Positions 53,426 to 64,000 of a DNA stretch of 64,000 nt are shown one piece after another. Position numbers and translations under genes: made by a program. Source of the stretch: Podarcis liolepis (Eukaryota); assembly GCA_965112155.1 (NCBI GenBank), contig OZ218107.1; one strand, 5' to 3'. A model generated the notes under the pieces. The model was not told where the DNA came from. It saw nothing but the letters and a program-made list of their open reading frames with translations, and made no database searches. How positions within the stretch are numbered: position 1 is the first letter of the stretch; each line of letters starts with the position of its first letter.

Positions 53426-54048
53426 CAGTGGTACCTCGGGTTAAGTACTTAATTCGTTCCGGAGGTCCGTTCTTAACCTGAAACTGTTCTTAACCTGAAG
53501 CACCACTTTAGCTAATGGGGCTTCCTGCTGCCACCGCGCTGCTGGAGCACGATTTCTGTTCTCATCCTGAAGCAAAGTTCTTAACCCGAGGTACTATTTC
53601 TGGGTTAGTGGAGTCTGTAACCTGAAGCGTATGTAACCTGAAGCGTATGTTGTTGAGATACTGCCAGGGAGATAAAGTCCATCATGGCCCCAAGCCGTCT
53701 GCCGGACGATCCATCAATCTCCCGTAGGCACGCAGTATCAGCAATTAGCGACATGAGTTTCTAGAAAATATCTTGCCACATTCTAGAGCTCATGCACACT
53801 CTATCAGCAGATATTCACAGCAAAAGTCGCACTCAGGAGAGCATTATTTACAAGTTTTATTCAGCGTTGATCAGAACAAAGAAAGACATGACTGCCTGCG
53901 TCAGTGTCTCCAGACAGAGAGAGAAACGAAAGCAATAGAAACATAAACATCCTGTGAACAGGAAATACGCAGGCTCTGTGACTCACAGCCTGCTCCCTTT
54001 TAAGGTGGAACGGAAATATCCTAACATATGTAACCCAAGGTACCACTG
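53426..54048. mobile_element. Tigger/pogo-like MITE interrupted by a solo LTR
   Basis: TA|CAGTGGTACCTCGGGTTA ... TAACCCAAGGTACCACTG|TA. Confidence 0.9.
53651..54026 (-). mobile_element. Solo LTR (376 bp)
   Basis: TGTTGAGATA ... TATCCTAACA termini; perfect 5-bp TSD TATGT; minus-strand AATAAA at 53856-53861 suggests the orientation. Confidence 0.85.
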
Positions 54049-55001
54049 TACTGTGACACTGTGGGAATATTTGGCAATATTTCACCACGGTCAAATGATA
54101 AGCAGCCAAGCTGGTGCCAAACATATTGCTTTCCTTTCCTTTGGACCACACCATTGAGGCCAAAGGGGGGGGGGAGGTCTTGTTGCCTGGGCAGCCCAGG
54201 ACCTCCATACACTCTGGCCAGGCTTGTGCCCCGGAGAGGTCACTTTGGTGCTGCAAACACAGGAAAAACAATGCGAGATGCAGTAGGTACAAGCTACTGG
54301 TCTCTGCAGCGAAAGCAGGTGCTGTGATTCTCCAGCGGTTTGACTTCTGGAGGCGCATTCCACTGTCTCTTGACACAGATGGGATTCCAACAAGAACTGG
54401 AAATATTTGATAGGCTGGCCAACCGAAGCCATAGACTCAGTAGACTGGTCTTCATTTACTCTCTCTATTCCCCCACCCACCCCCATCTGCAATACTCAGA
54501 TAGCAATCCTGATATACCTTCCCAGATTGCTATAGGACAGTCACGTCCAACTCCCAAGAGACTGATCAACTAACATTATAAAAATACTGGCTGGAATACT
54601 GAGGGAATCACTAAGCATCACATGATCTACCACAGGTGCCCAGCAATCTGCCTGTTGAACATGCCTGCATAGTATAATAAGATAACGTGATGGGCTTACA
54701 ATGTTTTAAAGGCCTAAGCAGCCAATATTAAAGTGTTGCAGTACGCAGCGCCTCATGGGCAACAGTGATTTCCACAACTGTACATCACAGCAATATATGC
54801 AACTGCTGGGCCTCCACATATAACACAAGCAGCAAAACCCTTTCAGACATAAAAATTACATTTTGCTGAAAATCCATAAATCCTTAGGCCTTAATGAGGC
54901 CTTAACTTCCCAGCAACAGCATGGCACCCATCCTTCAAGATATGCTGCTTCAAACCTTCAAGCAGTATATTGTCTTGCCTCTTCTCAAACACATTTATTT
55001 A

Positions 55002-55094
55002 CTGTATTTTCTGGTATATAAGACCCAGGAAAATATTCTCAAAAGTCGGGGGTCGTCTTATACCCCCAGTCGTCTTATACACCGGAAATTACGG
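55002..55094. mobile_element. Small Tc2-like MITE
   Basis: TA|CTGTATTTTCTGGTATATAAGAC ... GTCTTATACACCGGAAATTACGG|TA. Confidence 0.7.
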
Positions 55095-55164
55095 TACTCA
55101 AGAACAGCCACAATAGTGTGCCAACTGCTGCCATTTGAGTATGCAAATGGTAAGACGCAGCAAA

Positions 55165-55675
55165 GACAGTTTGAGCATGTGGTGCCAATTCTGGCCCAAC
55201 TGCACTGGATGCCAATTAGTTTCCATACTCAATTCAAAGTCCTGGTTTTGACCTATAAAGCCTTAAATGGCTCAGGACTGCGGTGCCTCAAAGGACAGCC
55301 TGTCCCCATATGAACCGACACGGACCCTGCAATCATCTTCCGAGGCCCTTCTTTGGGTGTCTCCTCCACAAGAGGTCTGGATGATGGCAGCACAAGAACA
55401 GGCCTTTTCTGTGGTGGCTCCCCATTTCTGGAATGCTCTCCCCAGGGAGGCTCGCCTGGTGCCTTTGTTACATATCTTTAGGTGCCAGGCAAAAATGTGT
55501 CTCTATATCCAGGCCTTTGGCTGACTGAACATTTTCTGGTTATTTAAATGTGTTGGTGGGAAAGGAGTTATTTTGTTTATCAGGTATTCTGCATTCTCAT
55601 TTTGTATTTTTATGTTGTGAGCTGCCCTGTGATCTTCGGGTGAAGGGCGGTATACAAATTTAATAAATAAAAATA
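55165..55675 (+). mobile_element. L2 LINE 3' fragment
   Basis: LHWMPISFHTQFKVLVLTYKALNG, then frameshifted AFSVVAPHFWNALP; 3' end gaagggcggtatacaaatttaataaataaa. Confidence 0.85.
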
Positions 55676-58563
55676 ATTTATTCACTTGAGAAGAGATGTG
55701 GCAGCACAAACACACCTGGGGGATGCTGAGGCAGGTGCAGAATGCAAAATATAAACACAGTGAAGGGAATTCAGTATAGGGAGCAACAACTGAGTAGAGC
55801 TGGTGCGGCCATGCCCTCAAGACACAAGCAAAGGTTCCTGCAGTAGTTATATGCTTGAGAAACCAAATTGCTACGCAGAGGTCCTGCAGTTTCGAATGAG
55901 TTTCCAAGGAGATAAAGATAAATATACTAACGAAACTATGCAATTACTGAGCTTGTGCCTGAGCCACTTCCTACATTTCAGCCTTGGTCTTCAACTCTGA
56001 ACATTTGCTTAATTAGATGTACATGCTAGTTAAGTGTGGGTGTTTTGACTGTTGTACTGAAGTGGTGTGGGAAGAAGCAAGAGGACCTTGAGCGTTTCTC
56101 GACACATTTAGGTCTCATGTGTGCATCTCCCCTCTGATGGTTCTCAGGCGCAGCCCTTACATGGGATCCTTCAGAGCAATTCCATCCTTACTGCTTTGGT
56201 AAGAGATCCCAAGTCACCATATGTCTATGGCAGACTGGTTGTTTTAACAGTAAGGTATGCATGGAAGTGAACTCTCATACAGCCTAGATAACTGGATAAG
56301 CATTAGCTGGCCTCAATCAAATACAATTGCTCCAGCTACAGTACTGTCTCTTGATGAAAGATGTACAAGCAAACACACATACACACTTGGAACTTTTTGT
56401 GTCCATGCAAATAGATTTTCTGGACATATGCAAGGCTCATGCACACTAAGCAGCACAATATAAGTAGCTCTATGGAAATTCTGTGGAAATGTTCTGCTTA
56501 TGAATTTCCCTTGGGAAAATGGTTAACGAAAGGACTCCTCAACCCCAACTTGTAAATTAAAGCCGTTGCACAGTAGTGCACCATTACATTGTTCAGACAA
56601 GCATGGCAGTTATACATTCAAGCACAGTGGGGAGGGGGCATAGCGAAGCAGCAGAGCACATGCTTTGCACATATAGGATATATATTGATATATCGTCCAA
56701 AACCAATTTGAAGTCCTTATCGTGATAATCAGTTTCATAGTTTTCATATGGTTTCAAGTCCATAACAAGCCAATACTGAAAACCAAATATTGCCCATCCC
56801 TATATAGGAACTCAGAGAGGTAGCCAACTAAGCAGTTACACTAGCATAAGGGCTTTTAGGTATGCAACGCAAATTCCACTCCCCCTTTTCTCCCTGCAGT
56901 CCACACGTCTCCTAAATCTGCTCTGGGGGTTTCTCCAACTCTCCAATGCAGGCTGAGGATGTGTGCAGGGGCAGGAGAAGGCAGAGAAGCTACACTGTGC
57001 AGCTGGAAGTCATTGGGCTAGCATAACTATTAACTGGATACTGCTCCCAGATTCCATCTGTGGTGTTTGAAGTGAACTGGATTGCAGGTAACAGGGTTAG
57101 TAGAGAGCCATGCTTGAGAACTTGAAGAGCTGCTTCCAGTTACAATAGACAGTACTGGGCTAAATGAAACCATAATCAAACACACAAGCATGAACACAGC
57201 AGCTTATCTTCATGTAAATTCATAAACACTTGGCCAAGCTAGAGAATCCTCTCTCCAAGTTGTCTTAATCGTTAAAGAAAATTTAACAATGTTAAGGTTT
57301 CAAACAATGGCTATTAGGATGAGAACTTCCAGAAGATGTCTAAACTATCATCAATTTTTGTTATAGCAATTGTTTGATTGTAACTTCTAGATTTAAAAAG
57401 AATGGTCCAGGTTTTAGATAGCATGACCTCTCCTTGAAGTGAAGGGAAAACCTGTACTCTTGTTGGGAGCTAAAATAGAGTGCTAACCTAAGCCATTGTG
57501 AACCTTGCTCAGGCTACCACTAAAGTCAGATTAAGGGTTACCAGAGGCCTGAACTGATCAGCAATTCAACTAGTTTTGGTCAAAAGCCTCAGTTCTAGTT
57601 GCACCCCATTGTTTGCAAGTCCTGGCCCTGGATGGGGAAAAGCATATCCATCAAGTGCATCAATCTAGTTCAGCAGGGACTGGCTGTGCACTGCAATGCA
57701 CATCTGCAAGCTGTTATACATTGACATCAGCAGCAGGAATTGGCTTTACTTTGCTGAATGGAGATGAACAAGTGATAAGTCTCCTTTGACTTTTCAGTTT
57801 AACTTTTCCCTTTAATTCAAACAATGTTTTTTATCTGAATTTCATTTATTTATTCAGTTGGATGTATCTTTTTAACTGAAGTCTGAAAAGCAGGTTTTAA
57901 GTATCATAATGCACAAAACATCTTCAAAGACAGAGAAGAGAATGAGGGAGTATGTCAGCCTGTAGCATCCCAGAATTTCTTAATAGGTGTTATAGGCAAC
58001 TGGGAACCTTACATCTGTAACTGATGTTGGGTAGTAAAGCGATGGTATTTTTCACTATTCCTCTGTTGTGCCCCATGATTGTTGCAAATAAATTTAGCTA
58101 CATAAAATTGTGATATGTTTGTGACATATATCTTAAGAAATAAAACTATTTTCTATTGGAGAACAAGGAACATCAGTTGCACATTCTGTAGAAGCATCCT
58201 CTGTAGAGTCCCCTGAAGAATTATTCTTTTAGTTCTTACAGAAAGTATCTAGCATGACCTGATTTTTGCTGCACAAAGCTTCTCCCTGCTACTATTATAC
58301 ACAGGAAAGGTGACTGCCCATACTTTTCCATTACCAAGTACAGATCAATTTCAAATCAGAGTAAGAAAAGTGGAGAATATAAATAACCGAAGAATACTGT
58401 GCAAGACCATTTAAATTTTATTCACCAAATGGAATACTATTCGCAAAGCAATTCTACTTGAAGCAGTCAATACTTTGACCAGACAGGCTTATAAAAGTGA
58501 ATAACATTAAAAAAAAGCAGACCAACTTTTAATGTAATTCCCTTGCCAAACTATGCAACTTAC

Positions 58564-58646
58564 TGCAGGAAACCAAATCTGTCAGTAACTTTGTAAAGGT
58601 GGTAGTCTGCATCTTCCCAAGGCTCAATCTGCACACCTTCACGGCC
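58564..58646 (-). CDS. USP6NL: USP6NL exon, GREGVQIEPWEDADYHLYKVTDRFGFL(H)
   Basis: ttctgtag|GGCCGT...CCTGCA|gtaagt; 83 nt; DRFGF motif; phase continuous with neighbours. Confidence 0.96.
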
Positions 58647-58775
58647 CTACAGAAAAACACACAACAAAGACAGACAAGAATTCATTCATTACTTATGGTG
58701 CAACATGTTGGAAGACAAGGGACTGATTTGAAGTTTGCAACCGGGAGCAAATTCCTTATTTCTAATGTACTACAC

Positions 58776-59029
58776 CATGGGTAGGCAAACTAAGGGCCGG
58801 GGGCTGGATCCGGCCCAATCACCTTCTAAATCCAGCCCGCGGACGGTCCGGGAATCAGCGTGTTTTTACATGAGTAGAATGTGTCCTTTTATTTTAAATG
58901 CATCTCTGGGTTATTTGTGGGGCATAGGAATTCGTTCTCCCCTCCCCCCCCAAAAAAATATAGTCCAGCCCCCGACAAGCTCTGAGGGACAGTGGACCAG
59001 CCCCCTGCTGAAAAAAGTTTAGACCCCTG
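58776..59029 (+). mobile_element. hAT-Charlie (MER58-like) MITE
   Basis: Perfect 8-bp TSD TACTACAC; homologous to 36769-37093. Confidence 0.9.
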
Positions 59030-59812
59030 TACTACACACACAGCTATAATCCAGAGAAGTGGGGCAGGGGTCCATGTGGGCAATGGGGTTTTTTTGTTTC
59101 CTGTTTTTATAAGAGTACATAAATAACCTCAGTGCATATATTCAGTCTTGTGTGACATCGCTCTCTGGATAGCAGCCATGTCTATGCTGTTCCCACTTGT
59201 CTGCATTACAATTGTTCTAATGTTTAAGCATCATAAAATACCACTACTGCAATCGCTCCTACCATTTCTCCAGTAATAACGATGCCTATAATGCTCAGCT
59301 AAAAACAGAACATTAAAAAGCAACAGCGCAAGTTTCTCATATTAGCTAAGCTGAACATGAAGGTTCAGAGAAACTGGATCTCCAACTACCAGACAATGTC
59401 TGCAACTAACATAAGACTATCCGCTTATGAATTTCCCAAAGGCATTTGCCTAGGCATGATTGGCAACATAATATCAGTTGTTTGACCCAGCAAAGCAATT
59501 CCTATGTTCTTTTGAAGCACTAAATATTCCCTCCCCATGCCTTTTCTCTTGCAACATAGAAAGGAGGAGGACGCAATTTAGGCACTGTTTCCAATGTGGA
59601 ATTGGAGTGAATCTTTGCTCCTCCTCTCTCCTTGTAAAAAAACATAGTGTGGCATCACCATGTTTGTCCAAGAATGGCACATGAGGACAGGAAGAAAGGG
59701 GCAGGCATCTTTATTTGCCAGCCGTCTGCTCACCTGTGGCAATAGGTCTTTGCCTCAGGAGAACAGAAGAATAGCCATTTGCAAGGACGCCTTAGCAAGT
59801 AAAGAAACTTAC

Positions 59813-59886
59813 TCGGTCATACTTGGCAACTATGTCAGCTCGTTCTTTGGCAAGTTTGATAGCAGCATCCCGCTCAGCATCAGAAC
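59813..59886 (-). CDS. USP6NL: USP6NL internal coding exon (first in window), xSDAERDAAIKLAKERADIVAKYDR
   Basis: Minus strand ttttcccag|GTTCT...GACCGA|gtaagt; 74 nt; resembles recalled human N-terminus [22 protein letters not shown]; phase-1 start implies an upstream ATG exon, not found in the window. Confidence 0.93.
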
Positions 59887-60435
59887 CTGGGAAAAGATGA
59901 AATAAACATGCAAGAATAGGTTACAGTGATCTTTTTGACAGAAGCAAGTTCTACTGGAAAGCAAAAAAGTGAAGTTTTACAAATCTGATACTGTAATCAC
60001 AGGAGGGAGGGGGGATTCAACAAGATGCATTTGATAATGACTCAAGTCAGGATAGTGTTTTATATATTACAGTCTTGCAAATATAAAGGGATAATATATG
60101 GGTCTCAAAAGGCCTTGCTATTAAAAAGTAGAATATGTTTTAAAGGTTCCTGCAGTTTAATGAACCCAACCTTTTTAAAACACAAGAACAGAAAACTATT
60201 TGCAAGGACTGCAACACGCTGAAAATATTAATGTTCAATATACGCTACTGGAGGAAGAGTCAATATTCCATTTGTAAACTCATACCGAAGCATGCAAAAC
60301 AGAGAAGGGAAGCAGGGTAAGAGGAATAAATCTCCTTTTCCTCCCCAGGCCCTCACTTGTAACTTCCAGAACCTGCAAACCCTAAACTGGGAAATCATGC
60401 CTTTAAAGCTACATATACATTATACATATACAGAA

Positions 60436-60760
60436 GGGATGCGGGTGGCGCTGTGGGTTAAACCACAGAGCCTAGGGCTTGCCGATTAGAAGGTCGGCGG
60501 TTTGAATCCCCACGTTGGGGTGAGCTCCCGTTGTTCGGTCCCAGCTCCTGCCAACCTAGCAGTTCAAAAGCACTAAGTAGATAAATAGGTACCGCTCTGG
60601 TGGGAAGGTAAACGGCGTTTCCGTGTGCTGCTCTGGTTCGCCAGAAGCGGCTTAGTCATGCTAGCCACATGACCCAGAAGCTGTACGCCAGCACCCTCGG
60701 CCAGTAAATTGAGATGAGCGCCGCAACCCCAGAGTCGTCCACGACTGGACCTTTACCTTT
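60436..60760 (+). mobile_element. Near full-length Sauria SINE
   Basis: gggatgcgggtggcgctgtgggttaaacc ... cctttaccttt; probable TSD ATACATTATA (60415-60424 / 60761-60770). Confidence 0.93.
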
Positions 60761-61162
60761 ATACATTATATAACACAGAAGAAACTGACCGCCTTAGAGT
60801 AAGAAAGAGCACAGAATGCAAAGTGGTGCAAATCCTCAGTCAAAAAGATGGTAAAGATAGGCAAGCTGTACAGAGATACATTTCCATTACATGCCATCCT
60901 TTGCCAACACTCGACTCCCCTGTGTGCACTCATGACAGCTAAACATACTAGAAAACCCTCAGGATTTGTAGTAGGACCCAGAATCCTCTGCAAGGACAAC
61001 GATTCTATGGCTAATATGCAATGATTCCTCTTCAACCCAACTGATGCATAGAAAGAACTGCACAGACACTTCTCTCATTTTAGCCAACTTTACTTCTGCA
61101 CAAACTGGGGTGGGGGGTATATGCATATGTGCATATACAACTGTATTCTCGCATTTATTTGT

Positions 61163-61199
<37 letters not shown>

Positions 61200-62736
61200 A
61201 ACAAACACACAACACATGAAAATAAGCATGTGTTTTAACTTTTATTAACTTTTATTTTCTCCTGGTTATTGGTAGGGTGAGCTTACTGTGATAGTAGCTT
61301 AACTACTACCTATGTTGAGACATTACTGCTCCTGAGAATTGCAACACAAACCAGTCCAGGTTCAGAAAGTGTGACCGTTGGAAAGTATTTGAACAGCTAA
61401 AAGATATTACTATTGCTTTGCTTTCCCCCTCAGGATTACTCAATGAACACGGAACATGCTGCTGAAGAAAACACTGGTCATGTCAAGAAAGAGGAGCAGG
61501 GGCGAGTAAGAGCAAGCAACAGAAATATTGGCTTGACTCAACAGGGAAGTTGAAATGTCGGGTGAGGTGACCTGAGGTCGAGATGGATTATGGGGCATCA
61601 GGCACAGCATCACAGTATGAGTCCTAATAAGAGAGTGAAGGAAAAGAGAAATCAGATTTGACTAATACCAGCCCCCCCAAGGTGAAAACTATACACCAGC
61701 GGACAGCAACTAGAGGCCATTGGGCCAAGCCTGGCTCTCTGAAGAGTACCACTTGGCTCTCATTTCCCTAGAAGCAAAAAAGCATGGTCCCTGTGGCAAC
61801 GGGATTTGGCAGCAGGCCACTGTGGTTCCAGGGGCCGGTTGTGTGTAGCTGTGAAGGAGCCTTCTATCTGTTAAACAAATGAGATGATTACCATATATAT
61901 AGCCTACTCTTTCCTGCAGGAACCTCAGAGTACCATATGCAAGTTGTCCCATTTTATCCTCAAAATAGCCTTGCAAAGGAGATTAAACTGAACATTAGTG
62001 ACTTGTCAAAGCCCAAACAATGAGCTTCTTTGGAAAGGAGACTTGGACCAAGAACTCTCCCAGTGCCAAACGTAATACATCAGCAGCTACACCACAATTA
62101 CTTGGTACATTCCAGAATGTGCCAAAAGTTAAAGGAACACACCACATAATAAGCAACAAAATCAGGCAATTATCGACTATTCATCCTACATTAACTGCTA
62201 AAGCTAACCTGTGCATGGTTAAGATTAAAAAGTTGACAATCGGACGTGATATCAAATAGGCAAGCGTTAAATTTATCAAAGGTTCTATTCTTCTCAAGGT
62301 GAAAAGCTCTCCATTCATTTCATAACCTTCTAGCATGCAGAAAGAAATCATTACTATGCTTTGCTAAAGCAGACTGTGTTCAGAGAACAAAGGTGATAGC
62401 AACCTGCCTTGTTCTCACTTGCATCTTACTTGTTGTTATGCTGTTGCTCAAAGTGTTGATTCCAGAGTAATAACTATTCATCTTGTCACCTAAAACTCTA
62501 TTTACTTAATGCATCACAAGGCTAACTGGACTGATTACAGCCAAACAAGTTGATCGTTGCAGCTGGAGGCAGCTGGAGGAAACTCCTGCTGAAAATTGCG
62601 TTAGAAAATGATGGGGTGAGGGAAAGAGGCGGAAACAAAACATGCCTAGGGCCAGTCAGCAGTTTCACTCCCTGTTCTTCAGGAAGTGGAAAGCTCGCGT
62701 CACTTTTTCTGGGGTCAGCTTCATCTCGTGGAATAT

Positions 62737-62875
62737 NNNNNNNNNNNNNNNNNNNNNNNNNNNNNNNNNNNNNNNNNNNNNNNNNNNNNNNNNNNNNNNN
62801 NNNNNNNNNNNNNNNNNNNNNNNNNNNNNNNNNNNNNNNNNNNNNNNNNNNNNNNNNNNNNNNNNNNNNNNNNNN
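62737..62875. other. Assembly gap (139 N)
   Basis: Run of N. Confidence 1.
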
Positions 62876-64000
62876 TGCAAAGAAGGATCAGGGATACCCT
62901 GGGTGTCAGGGACTCGGGAGCTTGAACCAGAAACCTCCTAGTCTCAGGGTGGGATTTAGCTTAGTGGGCTCCCTGGAACTGAGGGCTCAGGCTTACTATA
63001 TTCCTGGCAGAATTAGTCCGATCATATATTTTCCAGGATATTGGAATCAGTGAGAAATTTTCCGGCATCTATTTTTCTGGAATATCCGCATCTCTGTTTC
63101 TCTTTCCATCTTGTACATATCAGCCCAGGTTGAGAGGGGGGAACTGTGAAAAATAAGCTCATGTGTAGACCTCAAAGATGACAAACGCAAGAGGTTGCAG
63201 CCATGGAAATTCTCCCGTATCCAACACCCAGTGTTAGAAACTGAAATTTAAAAGCTATTCACCATACGGCCCCTTAAACCTAGGTTACAGGCACACTAAC
63301 AAAATGTTTAGGTGCCTCCCACTGCTTCTTTTACAACATTACAAAGCTGAAAATGAATTGTGTATATTGACGGTTCCAGCTAAAATCTGACTCGTGCCAT
63401 AGAATAACAACACAATCCCTGCTGCTAGACACCAGCCAGATGGTGGAGACATCAGGCACCATCCTGGCACCCAGGCATCTTCAATTGGTCGTAAGTGGCC
63501 AATAGCCAGGTGCAAAATGTGCCCGGCACCTGGCTAATTCTGAATGCTGCCAACATCCTATATAGGTCATCAGGTAGGAAATCCTACCTGTAGTTCAACA
63601 AGTTTAGCAGAAGCCTGCATACATGCTTCTGCACAGTGAGACTTGCTTCTTTTTCCCACACTGATGGGACTCCCCCTTTCTCTCTTGACAGTTCCATACT
63701 TGGCGGGGGCAAGAGGGAGGTCATCAACTTAAGCTCTGCTCCTGGACCTTTTAAATGAAGCAACTTCTTCTATGCTCACATCCACTCCATATATTTAAAG
63801 TACTCCTATGCCACTTGGACAGTCATGACTTCTCTCAAAGAATCCTGGAAACTGTAATTTGCTGTGGGTGCTGAGAATTGTAGCTTTGTGAGCGGTCTCC
63901 TAAAAATTCCTGCATCACAGGGGGGTTGAACAAGATGACCCATGGGGTCCCTCCAACTCTACAATTATGTGACTCCATCAATTCTAAGTATGGTGTAAAG

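Noticed and set aside
53861-54492. 171-aa and 133-aa ORFs
   Set aside because: They cross unrelated LTR, MITE and repeat boundaries
62550-63053. ORFs spanning the N run
   Set aside because: Artefacts of the assembly gap

Overview
This is eukaryotic (vertebrate) DNA, almost certainly from a lacertid lizard, inferred from typical Sauria/Squam1 SINE copies. The whole window lies inside one minus-strand gene, USP6NL (RN-tre, a TBC-domain Rab GAP). I resolved 12 internal coding exons (59886 down to 12511; 1080 nt). All have AG/GT boundaries and continuous phase, and the IxxDxxR and YxQ catalytic fingers are intact. The ATG exon and the long last exon were not found and presumably lie beyond the right and left edges. 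The introns are dense in transposons: Sauria and Squam3-type SINEs; CR1, L2, L1 and Rex1/Babar LINE fragments; Tc1/mariner and hAT MITEs with readable TSDs; and a solo LTR nested in a MITE. There are also microsatellites and a 139-N assembly gap. Nearly all ORF-track entries are chance ORFs. I found no convincing new multi-gene system. The best leads are: a stop-free Rex1/Babar RT inserted into a SINE; a 17-nt leader shared by two SINEs 58 kb apart; the solo LTR; a perfect 21-bp hairpin; inverted SINE pairs around exon blocks; and candidate antisense or alternative exons. Family and gene names come from recall, not database searches.
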